Part shown: one piece after another, positions 9,374 through 19,183 of the stretch
Layout of the letters: every line of letters begins with the position of its first letter
How positions within the stretch are numbered: position 1 is the first letter of the stretch
Source of the DNA: Candidatus Heimdallarchaeota archaeon
GTDB lineage: Archaea; Asgardarchaeota; Heimdallarchaeia; Hodarchaeales; Hodarchaeaceae
Direction: 5' to 3'
DNA length: 64,000 nucleotides
Assembly: GCA_020353515.1 (NCBI GenBank)
Contig: CP070695.1
Location: 2,706,155 to 2,770,154 of the forward strand
Notes under the pieces: generated by a model
Seen by the model: the letters and a program-made list of their open reading frames with translations, nothing else
The model's database searches: none
What the model was told of the DNA's origin: nothing
Translations under genes and position numbers: made by a program

Positions 9374-10114
9374 TTAGATCTCCTGGTTGAGAACGTGCCG
9401 TAAACGATCAGGATAATTGGTCAGTAATCCATCTACACCTAAGTTCAATACTCGTTTCATTTCATCTGGCTCATCAGCATAAAAATAAAATACTCTAATG
9501 TCATTATCATGACATTTGTTTAAAAAGGATGTTTCAAGTGCAGAGGGACGTATTTGAGCAGTTTTCAGTTTTAACCTTGATATTATTTTGAAGTATTCAG
9601 TAGGACTCCGTTCTTTTTGTAACAGGGCATAATCTATTTCAGGATCAATTTCCTGTAACCTGCTAATATTTTCTTCATATCTAGCTGTTATCACAGTTCT
9701 ATCTTCTATCTTATGTTTCTTAATGATGCTGATTATCTCATTCTCAAACCAATTCGTGCCAGGATCGTAATACTTCAATTCGATGTTATAGTGAATATTC
9801 GTGGATGAGGTTTCCTCTAATACTTCTGGAAATGTGGGGATTCTTTCTCCTTGGTACTTTTGGTCAAACCAGCTCCCCGCATCTAATGATCTTAAATATT
9901 CAAATGTTAAATCTGGTATCCTTCCTTTTCCATTCGTTGTTCTCTCTATCCCATGACGATCATGGTAGACCACAAGCTGAGAGTCCTTTGTTGGTTGGAT
10001 ATCAAATTCTATCATGTCAGCAAAAATTAAACCCTGTTTAAAGCAAGTAATTGTGTTTTCGGGACCTAAACCTGCCCCTCCACGATGAGCAATATTCAAC
10101 ACTAATGGTTTCAC
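9374..10114 (-). CDS. Glycerophosphodiester phosphodiesterase
   Basis: IAHRG, PENT, IEFDI, VYHD, NIELK, GVDGLLTNYPD. Confidence 0.93.
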   Translation of the reverse strand: MKPLVLNIAHRGGAGLGPENTITCFKQGLIFADMIEFDIQPTKDSQLVVYHDRHGIERTTNGKGRIPDLTFEYLRSLDAGSWFDQKYQGERIPTFPEVLEETSSTNIHYNIELKYYDPGTNWFENEIISIIKKHKIEDRTVITARYEENISRLQEIDPEIDYALLQKERSPTEYFKIISRLKLKTAQIRPSALETSFLNKCHDNDIRVFYFYADEPDEMKRVLNLGVDGLLTNYPDRLRHVLNQEI

Positions 10115-10469
10115 CTAGAATATTAAAATGATCAGAATGTTAATTCATTTACGAAAACCATATGGTAAGAAATGCATTACTTAATGACCTGGTAAGAAGC
10201 TTCATATCATGTTTCATTCCCACCCCTACCTTTCCTTCTACTGGAGATTCTCTTTTAATAATAATTTTATATCTTACCATATGATATTATATATTCTCAT
10301 AACATAAATAATAATTGGTTTAAACAAAAAAGTCACAAAAATCTTAGAAAAAATTCTTTTCTTTTTCTCAAATAGAGAATAAGATCTACTTTTTAAGGAA
10401 TTAACCTTTTTTTGTCGTATTTATTTCCTTTATAAACCAATAATTTTTTTAGATTATCTAGTTCCACAT

Positions 10470-10497
10470 GTTCCATCGGAAATCAACGGGTAAGGGG
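10470..10497 (+). promoter_or_regulatory. ORB-like Orc1/Cdc6 binding box
   Basis: GTTCCATCGGAAATCAACGGGTAAGGGG matches TTCC-N3-GGAAA plus G-rich tail. Confidence 0.6.
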
Positions 10498-10602
10498 TTC
10501 CGACTTTATTCCACAAATTACATTAAATCCCAAGAAGCACAAAAGTTGTTTGTAAAAAAGAAAGATTAACGGCAATTAAATGGTAACTAATGATGAAAAA
10601 CA

Positions 10603-10896
10603 TTACGCTATTCGATAAAAAACTTTGGGTCTTCCTTTTGTTCTCCTAGGTGTTGAAAATTTTATTACAACTTTTTTTAATATCAATCTGTTTAACGCAT
10701 CATAAATAGTTGTTCTAGGAATTCCTGTTTTTTTACATAACTCCGTTCGTGTAGTGGGTTGAATTTCTGACAAGACACTCAAAACAATTCGATCTGTCTC
10801 ATTAGTTAATTCATTCTCTGGTATACTTGAATGTTTTAAATCAAAATCATCTTTTTCCTTTTTTGATGATAGAGAATTCTGAAGATATTGTGTCAT
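10603..10896 (-). CDS. TrmB-like winged-helix protein
   Basis: TTRTELCKKTGIPRTTIYDALNRL...KGRPKVFY; paralog of 12366-12662. Confidence 0.8.
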   Translation of the reverse strand: MTQYLQNSLSSKKEKDDFDLKHSSIPENELTNETDRIVLSVLSEIQPTTRTELCKKTGIPRTTIYDALNRLILKKVVIKFSTPRRTKGRPKVFYRIA

Positions 10897-11302
10897 ATCT
10901 TATCACTAGTATCTTTATATCACTGTTACTTAACCTTACAAATGGCCATATTTAAGACTTTCAGTATATCATCAATGTTAAAGATAACAAAAACACCATG
11001 AATAAGTATTTATAAAAAATATCCATTTACAAATCTAATATCGTTAAAAGAGATGATAGATTCACACACTTAGGTCCTAATGCTGAGATTAATCAATGAG
11101 CTTTTTACTCACATTGAAATAAGTCTCACATCCTTTCACAGGAAGTGTAGGTTAAAATGGTGTTAAGTGTTGTATTTTCCCTGATAAATGAACTATCCGT
11201 TATATAATAGGTGTTAATGAATTTTAATATTGATATTCGCTCTTTTAGCAAGATTCATAAACATGTTGATTAAAAAAATATTAATTCACAGTAGCTATTC
11301 TC

Positions 11303-11324
11303 ACCCCTGTATTTCCATTGGAAC
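11303..11324 (-). promoter_or_regulatory. ORB (origin recognition box) with G-string
   Basis: Reverse complement GTTCCAATGGAAATACAGGGGT, near the canonical archaeal ORB; lies in an 820-bp AT-rich intergenic region 2 kb from cdc6. Confidence 0.75.
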
Positions 11325-11717
11325 TTATGTTTGAAAATTTAGGAAATTATCTTGTTGGATTTCACATAGATAATGATCTAATATGAAAAATGTTCTTACT
11401 AAAGTGCATTAAATGTTGAAAGAAAGTAGTTTAATATTACATTAACCGATTATAGTTCAATTAACGGTATTTGATAAAAATTAAGTAGGAATTTCTTATT
11501 CACACTTTCTGATAAATCAAAGTTTATCATGAGAAAAGTTATTTACATGTTAAAGAAAAAATTCGACAAAGTCAATTGTGATAGTTATAGATATTATAGA
11601 GGTATAGATCAAACTTTATTAGAGTGAAGGTAACAAGGTTACATGTGAAAGGCCAAATATCAAAAAATAAACTTCACTATTATTCAATTTATTTAATTAA
11701 AAAGCAAGGTTTTTACT

Positions 11718-12200
11718 ATGCGTGAAACAGGATCTAAAGTTACTGCGAATAATGACAAATTTACAATATCCTTTGATAGAAAAATTAGGTTGGGTCCTTT
11801 ACACACACTTATTGAGGGGTATTTACAACTAACTAGGGATCAACAGAAACAAGTCGATTATTTATTAGAGTCCCTCTTGATGGAAAATGAAATTCATGAG
11901 GAATATTCAGAAGCAAACATTGATAGATTGGCTGTTCTTTCACTCACTGATTTGAAAACTAAAAAAGAAAGAATTCTTAACATCGTTAGGAACAGAGCTA
12001 ATCCTAATTATCTTACTGCTCGGGAGATCCAAGAATTATATCAACATTATATGAAAGAGGAAGTAGGAATCTCAACAATTCAAACAAACTTAAATCGTCT
12101 AGTAGATGCTGGATTAGTCGAACGTCAGGAAGGAGTAAATCCAATTGAGTATCGAATTAATCCTAAGAAAGCTCAAGAGATTCCAAAAGTGTTGATGTAA
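11718..12200 (+). CDS. Winged-helix DNA-binding protein (Fur/BlaI-like C-terminal wHTH)
   Basis: LTAREIQELY...GISTIQTNLNRLVDAGLVER...YRI. Confidence 0.7.
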   Translation: MRETGSKVTANNDKFTISFDRKIRLGPLHTLIEGYLQLTRDQQKQVDYLLESLLMENEIHEEYSEANIDRLAVLSLTDLKTKKERILNIVRNRANPNYLTAREIQELYQHYMKEEVGISTIQTNLNRLVDAGLVERQEGVNPIEYRINPKKAQEIPKVLM

Positions 12201-12365
12201 CAAGCATTCTCTCTCTGAACAGATTTTTTACTTATCTAGGCTTGTTTTATCTCTCCCTAATTCTTTTGGGTGGTGAGACATTTACTTTTCAGAACGTAAT
12301 TTCTAGATATTTTCGAATCTTAAATTGTTATGAGATGATAAATGATGTAGAAATGTAATTGGTGG

Positions 12366-12662
12366 ATGTTAATGTCCAATAATCAAATTCTGAAAATATC
12401 TGAAAAAAGGCAAACTTCTCCAGAATTAAAACCTGCTCCAATAAAGAAACCAGCAATAGTTCATGAGTTAGATCGTAATGTTTTGGAGATTCTAAAAAAT
12501 GAAGGTCCAATAACAAGATCAAGATTAGTAGCAATCACAGGAATAGCACGATCCACGCTATATGATAGCTTATTGCGATTAATTTTAAAAGGATATGTAG
12601 CAAGATTTTCTGAAGAACGTAGGCAAAGAGGCCGCCCAAAAATTTTTTATAAGGTAGCTTAA
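12366..12662 (+). CDS. TrmB-like winged-helix protein
   Basis: GPITRSRLVAITGIARSTLYDSLLRL...RGRPKIFY. Confidence 0.8.
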   Translation: MLMSNNQILKISEKRQTSPELKPAPIKKPAIVHELDRNVLEILKNEGPITRSRLVAITGIARSTLYDSLLRLILKGYVARFSEERRQRGRPKIFYKVA

Positions 12663-12805
12663 TCTTTTTCTTCACAAAATAACATCTAATTGCTGGTAAT
12701 TGTACTTTTTTACGAATGACTTTAGTATTCTTGATAGATTGAGCTTGAATTGAAAATAATTAATCATATGGTAAGATTTTTTTTATACTTGGAGAAAAAT
12801 CCGTT

Positions 12806-13141
12806 ATGGCCTCAGTGATAGTTAAATGGCAAAACTGTGGTAAACAAGCTTGTAGATGCAGGGAGGGGATGTTACATGGTCCTTATTTCTGGCTTGTATC
12901 GTATATTTCTAAGAAATCTGATGATAGAAGACGGGGAAAGTATTCTTGGCGATATCTAGGTAAGAATCCAATGGATGTCTGGAAAAAATTAGAAATTCTA
13001 GACGAAAGGTTTAAGGAAAAATATGATCTTCTTGATCTAAACACCAGATTAAACAAAATAGCTAAAATGAGAGAAAAAATTCCTGATGTAAAAACAACGG
13101 AACGAATTTTAACAATAGATGATGTCTTAAGAGGGAAATAA
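12806..13141 (+). CDS. DUF6788-like Cys/His putative DNA-binding protein
   Basis: CGKQACRC...HGPYFWL...GKYSWRYLGK signature. Confidence 0.65.
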   Translation: MASVIVKWQNCGKQACRCREGMLHGPYFWLVSYISKKSDDRRRGKYSWRYLGKNPMDVWKKLEILDERFKEKYDLLDLNTRLNKIAKMREKIPDVKTTERILTIDDVLRGK

Positions 13142-13240
13142 TCATTAAATAAAAGTGTAAATAACTATTTAGAATGAGGAAGGGATTATTCGGATGAAAA
13201 ACAGCAATGTAATACCATGATAACATGTTGATTTTTATGA

Positions 13241-13258
13241 TTCGAGTGGAAATACAGG
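13241..13258 (+). promoter_or_regulatory. ORB-like box immediately upstream of cdc6
   Basis: TTCGAGTGGAAATACAGG shares TGGAAATACAGG exactly with the ORB at 11303-11324. Confidence 0.55.
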
Positions 13259-13294
13259 TAATGCTATTGGAACGAACTAATTTGAACATGTCAG

Positions 13295-14539
13295 GTGAGA
13301 GGCTTACTATTGAATCAATACGATAATTCCGATGTAACTTTAGATGAGATATTCGAGGGATATCTGAAATCGCCTAAATTATTTAAACGACGCGATGTTC
13401 TTGACAGTTCTTTTGTTCCTGAAAATCTCCCCCATCGTACTGAACAAATCAAACAACTAGGATATATTTTGGCATCTGTTCTTCGTGGGGCTAAGCCTAG
13501 CAATATTTTATGCTTTGGAAAAACGGGAACGGGAAAAACAGCTGTATCTAAATATGTTTTAAACATTTTAGGCAAAAAAGCACCTCAACATGGGCTTCGA
13601 ATCGAAGTTGCTTATTTGAACTGCAATACGGTTGATACAAATTATCGGGTTTTTGCGGATTTATGTAGTACACTGGGTATTGAAGTACCCTTCACAGGTC
13701 TTGCAACAGATGAAGTCTTTACTCGGTTCAAACAAGGTTTAGATCAACGAGAATCCTTATTTATTGTTGTACTTGACGAAATAGATAGTTTGATTAAAAA
13801 ATCTGGAAATGAAACTCTCTATAATTTAACCCGAATTAATTCTGATCTAAGTCGTGCGAAAGTGAGTTTGATTGGTATATCTAACGATTTGAAATTTAAA
13901 GAATATCTGGATCCACGAGTATTATCATCACTATCAGAAGAAGAGCTTGTTTTCAAACCCTATGAAGCTCCTGAAATTACTGATATATTAGTTGAGAGAG
14001 CTGAATTAGCATTCCAAAACAAAACTTTATCTGAAGGTGTTATCAATATGATAGCAGCGATAGCTGCTCAAGAACATGGGGATGCTCGTAGAGCGATTGA
14101 CCTTTTACGTGTCTCTGCTGAGATAGCTGAGAGAGAAGGGACTGAAAAAATAAATCAGGCACATGTTAAAAAGGCACAAGGGGCAATAGAGAGAAATACT
14201 TTAACTGAGGTAATTAGTACCTTACCATTACAATCAAAAATGGTAATTCTATCCATCTATGTGTTAGAGAGAATTACTGATAATACTGAAACAGTTTCTA
14301 CTGGAGATGTCTATGAAGAATATGCACGTATATGCAAAGAGCTGGGAATGGATTCCTTAACCCAAAGGCGTGTTGGTGATCTAATTAACGAATTAGATGC
14401 TTTGGGGATAATTAGTGCCCGAGTTGTATCAAGAGGTAGACATGGCCGAACAAAAGAAATACGGTTTAGTATCCCAAAATCATTATTAGAAATGACTATA
14501 AAGGAAGATAAGATGATTTCAGGAAAGATTGCGCTATAA
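13295..14539 (+). CDS. cdc6: Orc1/Cdc6 replication initiator
   Basis: LPHRTEQI, GKTGTGKT, VLDEID, HGDARRAIDLL, C-terminal wHTH with SRGRHGRTK. Confidence 0.97.
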   Translation: MRGLLLNQYDNSDVTLDEIFEGYLKSPKLFKRRDVLDSSFVPENLPHRTEQIKQLGYILASVLRGAKPSNILCFGKTGTGKTAVSKYVLNILGKKAPQHGLRIEVAYLNCNTVDTNYRVFADLCSTLGIEVPFTGLATDEVFTRFKQGLDQRESLFIVVLDEIDSLIKKSGNETLYNLTRINSDLSRAKVSLIGISNDLKFKEYLDPRVLSSLSEEELVFKPYEAPEITDILVERAELAFQNKTLSEGVINMIAAIAAQEHGDARRAIDLLRVSAEIAEREGTEKINQAHVKKAQGAIERNTLTEVISTLPLQSKMVILSIYVLERITDNTETVSTGDVYEEYARICKELGMDSLTQRRVGDLINELDALGIISARVVSRGRHGRTKEIRFSIPKSLLEMTIKEDKMISGKIAL

Positions 14540-14570
14540 TTATTATGAAATGAGCCTTTTTTTCCCTATT

Positions 14571-16190
14571 TTAAAGAATCTTAAGATCTATCATCTCTAC
14601 ATTTCCTGAGACTGCATCAAGAATTGGAATTATTCCAAGCGATGCCTTTCCTTCTAATTGGGTTTTTTTTTGGTTGTCTCGTTGGAAAGTTCCACATGTG
14701 ATTATTTTAATCCCCTTATATTCTTCGAAATATGCATGATGTAGATGTCCAGACACAATAACGTCAGGTACCTCATCTATAACTAGATAATCTCTTTTAA
14801 AAGGAGCAAGAGGATCATATGATCCATATTCAGGATAAAGATGACGATACTCTAAAAGGTGTTTTATGGCTAATGTTGGCTTTGCATTAGGTTTTTGGAA
14901 AGATTTTTGGAAAAGCTCATAATTCCCTTGTCCGTGAAATATTAACAACTTCATTTTTTCTAGGGATAACCGGAGAGGATTGCCATGACTCGTTAAATTC
15001 GGAATTGTTAAAAGAGCTTGGCTAATCTGTCTATCAATCGCTGGTTGAGGAAGAGCTGCCTGTGTTGCGTCATGTTCTCCTGGAATAATTAAAATTTGGA
15101 TATGAGATGGAATTTCCATTAATGCTTTTGCTAAGCCTTGGTATTGAGCTTGAAGTGAATATGAGGATATTTGTTCTTTTTGGTCTGAAAATCGTCCTAC
15201 TCCATCCACAAGGTCTCCAACAATAATTATTGTCTTAATTTCTTTAGCAATATTTTTATAAATCGGATCCAGATCCTGTAAAGTTAAAAACTTGATTAAT
15301 TTTGCGAAAACACTACGTGAAAAGTATTTTGATCCAAAATGTAGATCAGCTATGAATAAAAGTTTATGTGGATTTTTAATAGGGTTAAATTGGGTAGGTG
15401 AAAATCCTGGTCTGATAATGTCTCTTCCCCAAAAAGCAGTAATATCCCCCCCTCTAAAATTTTTTGGCAAAATCCCTGATATTCCTATAACAGTATCTCG
15501 GATGATATCTCGATATTCAGGGAAACTTGGACTATCTTGGACCATCACACAATTAGTAATTATTCCACTTTTAGGATCCTCTAATTGAATAACAAACTTA
15601 TTGGTATGCAGTACCCTGGTATCTTGAACCATCCCAATGAGGATTCCACTTTTATCTTTAGGAATTTCTTCTTCTCGCATTTCACTATCTAAAATCGCAT
15701 CAGAATCGTCAAAATTCTCCATAAAAATGCTTGAAAGCTGTTCAAAGCGATTTTGAAATAATTGTCGAAAAGCTGAGAAATCTGGTTTAGCAGAAGCTTT
15801 TTCTGGAATGTCTAGTTTTACAGTTATTTGCGAAGAAGGGTGAGGAACAGTCTGAGTAAAGTCTTGTTCTATCTGAAGTTCGTCAGATTGCACTAATGAT
15901 TTATTTGTCTCTTCTTTAACCGCTCTATCAGTCTTCTCAATGGATAGCTTGGTAGATTTGCCTATTTTTACCGCATTATTCCCATTCACAGATTGAATAG
16001 ACGAATCAAGAGGCTCTAGATATTTTTCTATTAATGGTAGATTTAATACAGGAATATTTGGAGGGATTTTCATAATTTTTTCTCTGAGAGTCTTTTCAGA
16101 GATTTCTTTCTGTAGAATATGATCTAGAGCATCAGCTGCAATATTGAAATTGTACTCTAAGAAAATTCTGATTAACTTCGTTCTGTCCAA
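14571..16190 (-). CDS. DNA polymerase D small subunit DP1
   Basis: FQNRFEQL, OB fold (LEDP.SG), calcineurin-like motifs DLHFGS, GDLVDG, PGEHD, HG, GHLH, D.LVIDEVPD. Confidence 0.9.
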   Translation of the reverse strand: MDRTKLIRIFLEYNFNIAADALDHILQKEISEKTLREKIMKIPPNIPVLNLPLIEKYLEPLDSSIQSVNGNNAVKIGKSTKLSIEKTDRAVKEETNKSLVQSDELQIEQDFTQTVPHPSSQITVKLDIPEKASAKPDFSAFRQLFQNRFEQLSSIFMENFDDSDAILDSEMREEEIPKDKSGILIGMVQDTRVLHTNKFVIQLEDPKSGIITNCVMVQDSPSFPEYRDIIRDTVIGISGILPKNFRGGDITAFWGRDIIRPGFSPTQFNPIKNPHKLLFIADLHFGSKYFSRSVFAKLIKFLTLQDLDPIYKNIAKEIKTIIIVGDLVDGVGRFSDQKEQISSYSLQAQYQGLAKALMEIPSHIQILIIPGEHDATQAALPQPAIDRQISQALLTIPNLTSHGNPLRLSLEKMKLLIFHGQGNYELFQKSFQKPNAKPTLAIKHLLEYRHLYPEYGSYDPLAPFKRDYLVIDEVPDVIVSGHLHHAYFEEYKGIKIITCGTFQRDNQKKTQLEGKASLGIIPILDAVSGNVEMIDLKIL

Positions 16191-16375
16191 GCTAAAATAA
16201 ACCCCAAGAATGATTGATTAAGAGATAGATGAGGTGTTGAATTGAATTCAACGAAGTTGTCATTTCATACTATTCATTTAATGTCAGAATTGTTTTCACT
16301 AAAAAAGCTAACTTCAAAAATCCTTGATAAGATTCCCCTTTTTATGGGGAAAAGATCTTTAAAAAAGAGTTCCAT

Positions 16376-16402
16376 GTCAGAGAGTTTCATTACTTCTCTG
16401 AC
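16376..16402 (-). terminator. Hairpin just downstream of aglB
   Basis: GTCAGAGA/TCTCTGAC 8-bp inverted repeat 15 nt after the aglB stop; function inferred only. Confidence 0.3.
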
Positions 16403-16417
16403 CGAGATTTTTTAGAA

Positions 16418-18601
16418 TTATGGAGTAATGGCTGCGGGGGGGATAATATCCCATCTGATTCGCCAGATATATATCCATTTATGTGCTGTCCGATAAGCAA
16501 GCTCATAGTATTGCGAATATTCTGCATATTCTTCTGAGAATCCTTTTGTTGCAGGAGCATTTTCTGTTATAGGGGCATATGATTTGATACGCTCAAATGT
16601 TTCACTTGAAACTCCTTCTTCATCGGAGGCTCCACCACCTGTGAATAAAGACCAAAATACAGAGTCATAAAATTGGTCGATATATCCCTGGATATACTGT
16701 TGTCGTGAATCATACTTAAGGTAGTCATCTTGATCTATTTTGACGATATTACCGTTGGCCATTCCAATTCTGATAAACCAAGGAACTTTCCCCAAGTCAG
16801 AATCTAATTGCCACCACCCGTCGGAGACTAAAAGGACGAGATAGGTGACATCGTAGATTTTCGAGATTTTTAATGAGTCTCTAGGATTAAGTACTAACAT
16901 ACATCCAATATTACCTATTTTTGTTTTATTAATCGTCGCATTATCTACCAAAATGGTTGTATTTGAATTCCCACTAATCCAATATCCGTAATCCCACCAA
17001 GAGGCAACAACATCATTTGGCCCTGTATTATAATCTAACCAACTGATGGCTTCTTGCCAGTCATATCCTAGAATAACCTGTTGTCCTGTATAAACTGGAG
17101 TGGAGATAGACGGTGCTTGTGTTGACTTGGCCGCTTGGTCACTAGCGTTAACAAGAGCGAACATTGCAATGATCCCTATAAATACAAACGCTATCGCAGT
17201 TTGCTCATTTGATAATGGTTGGATGAAGCGAGTTTTTCTACGACTTAATGCGAAGCGTTCTTGAAAAGCAAGTACAAAAGGTAGAAGGGTCTGGTCAATA
17301 GCTTGTGCTGCTAGTAATGAAACTGCTGGAGCTAATATCAAAGCTAATCTTACCATAGAGCCCGCAAAATATATTGCTGTAAATCCAAATAATAATAGGA
17401 GGAAATTCCTTTCAGTTGGTTTTAGATAGAGAAAATAAATACTCAGTGGTAAAAGAAAAATCAAAACTCCTGTGTTTCTGAAAAATGTCGACCATGTTAC
17501 TATTTGATGTTCACTAACTGATTTCAAGATTGGTGTTGTATCACGATATATTGGTAGAAGCACGGTAATAAATTTTGATGCCATATTTCCTAGGACACCG
17601 GTTGTAAATAAGACAATAACTCCTATGATTGCTGCTACTGCAATAAAAGGAATAAGTGTTCTAAAACGTGCACGAATTTTACTTGTGCTATAAAATGAGT
17701 CGACATAACGATAAATCTCTGCTAGGGCTACTAGTCCAAGAACACCTAGAGTTGACAAACTATCCGTATTCAGGAGAGATTTAGCACCATTTTTTGGGAT
17801 TAATATCATAATAAAGAATCCTAGAAGAATTGATCCTCCGTATGAAAGGAATAATCTATCTGAATGTTTTCTAAGTAGTAACATAACAAATGCATGAAGT
17901 GCTAATAAGTTGAAGACATAAGTTGCGGCACCCCATGATGCTGATAGGATACCTAAGCATATACCCGCAAGCATCGTTGAACTAAGGGATCCTGTTCGAA
18001 GAGATCGTGCATAAAAATACAAAGTAAGTATAAGGAAAAGGATTCCTAGTGATTCATGATCAAAAAAGCCTACTACGGTTCGTTGTAGATGTCCAGGCGA
18101 AATTGCCAGAAATAAAGCTGCAAGAATGCCAATTTTTTTGTTTCCTAGTTCTTTTCCTAAAAAATACATTGCTACACAGGTTAGGGCTCCCATCAGAGCA
18201 GGTTGATAATAACAGATTACCATTAATGAAATATCAAGTCCCAAAAAACTGGTTAGTTGATGTATTAGGACTGCAGAAAGGGGCGTACCAATGTATTGGT
18301 TTTTTCCCCAGAAACGGCCTTCAGGGTACCAAGTTTGGGGATCTACCCAGCTAAGAAATGCTGCTAGACCATTTTCTTCTATGTACATTGCAGCACGTAG
18401 TTGTGAGTATGGATCGTTTGCAGTAAGAATAATTTCATATGCTGGTTCATGAAGAACCGCAAAAATTCTAACAAGATAAGCTAAAATGAAAATTAATACG
18501 AGTGAGGTATATAGAAGTACCATTTCTTTATTAATTGATGTAACAGCTGTATTATAGCGATTTCTGAGGTCGTTTATGATTCTATCGATGAAAACAGGCA
18601 T
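16418..18601 (-). CDS. aglB: Oligosaccharyltransferase catalytic subunit AglB/STT3
   Basis: Multi-TM protein; DPY, WYPEGR, FDHE, SVSEHQ, WWDYG, DNAT, DLGKVPWFIRI (STT3-like DK motif). Confidence 0.96.
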   Translation of the reverse strand: MPVFIDRIINDLRNRYNTAVTSINKEMVLLYTSLVLIFILAYLVRIFAVLHEPAYEIILTANDPYSQLRAAMYIEENGLAAFLSWVDPQTWYPEGRFWGKNQYIGTPLSAVLIHQLTSFLGLDISLMVICYYQPALMGALTCVAMYFLGKELGNKKIGILAALFLAISPGHLQRTVVGFFDHESLGILFLILTLYFYARSLRTGSLSSTMLAGICLGILSASWGAATYVFNLLALHAFVMLLLRKHSDRLFLSYGGSILLGFFIMILIPKNGAKSLLNTDSLSTLGVLGLVALAEIYRYVDSFYSTSKIRARFRTLIPFIAVAAIIGVIVLFTTGVLGNMASKFITVLLPIYRDTTPILKSVSEHQIVTWSTFFRNTGVLIFLLPLSIYFLYLKPTERNFLLLLFGFTAIYFAGSMVRLALILAPAVSLLAAQAIDQTLLPFVLAFQERFALSRRKTRFIQPLSNEQTAIAFVFIGIIAMFALVNASDQAAKSTQAPSISTPVYTGQQVILGYDWQEAISWLDYNTGPNDVVASWWDYGYWISGNSNTTILVDNATINKTKIGNIGCMLVLNPRDSLKISKIYDVTYLVLLVSDGWWQLDSDLGKVPWFIRIGMANGNIVKIDQDDYLKYDSRQQYIQGYIDQFYDSVFWSLFTGGGASDEEGVSSETFERIKSYAPITENAPATKGFSEEYAEYSQYYELAYRTAHKWIYIWRIRWDIIPPAAITP

Positions 18602-18771
18602 TTATCTTGTTCACCTTGGAAAATCTATAGTAGGTTGTTAAATTTCTAGTAGAAAAATGGTCGTTAATATTAAGATGGCTTGCTTGCGTCGCAAACGGCA
18701 CTCTTTTACAAGATTTTATTTGTTTAATGTAATACAATTATTTGATAGTTTAATGTTATCACCAACAATAA

Positions 18772-19119
18772 ATGGTGTCAACGATGACAAAACAACCCAT
18801 GGATGTTGATTTAGAGTTATTTGAGCTAATGTTTCCAGGAAAACTTGTCGGTAAAGCGGTTATTGATGCAAATGCCCGTATGATTGGCGTTATTCGTAAT
18901 GTTAGAATTCAAATTCCTTCTCCAACTATTAGTTTGACTATAAAAGGTCTTGATACAGAATTTACAGTGAAATCCGAAAATATTCAAGCAGTTGGTAATG
19001 TAGTACAATTGAATGTTACAATAAAACATTCAGAACCTATTGAAATCAATGATATCATTAAGTTGAGAACAGAAATACAGGAAGAGTTAATTCATTTTTT
19101 TTCCCTTCTAAAATCTTAG
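18772..19119 (+). CDS. PRC-barrel domain protein
   Basis: LVGKAVIDANARMIGVIRNV...IQAVGNVVQL. Confidence 0.75.
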   Translation: MVSTMTKQPMDVDLELFELMFPGKLVGKAVIDANARMIGVIRNVRIQIPSPTISLTIKGLDTEFTVKSENIQAVGNVVQLNVTIKHSEPIEINDIIKLRTEIQEELIHFFSLLKS

Positions 19120-19183
19120 AGAGAACTCGGATACTTTCTAGAATTCCTCTTAAGCAATTCAATAAGTAGTAATTGGGAAACAT

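Noticed and set aside
10603-13141. Provirus or integrated element suggested by DUF6788-like and HTH genes
   Set aside because: No integrase, transposase, att repeat or structural genes; kept only as an origin-associated cassette
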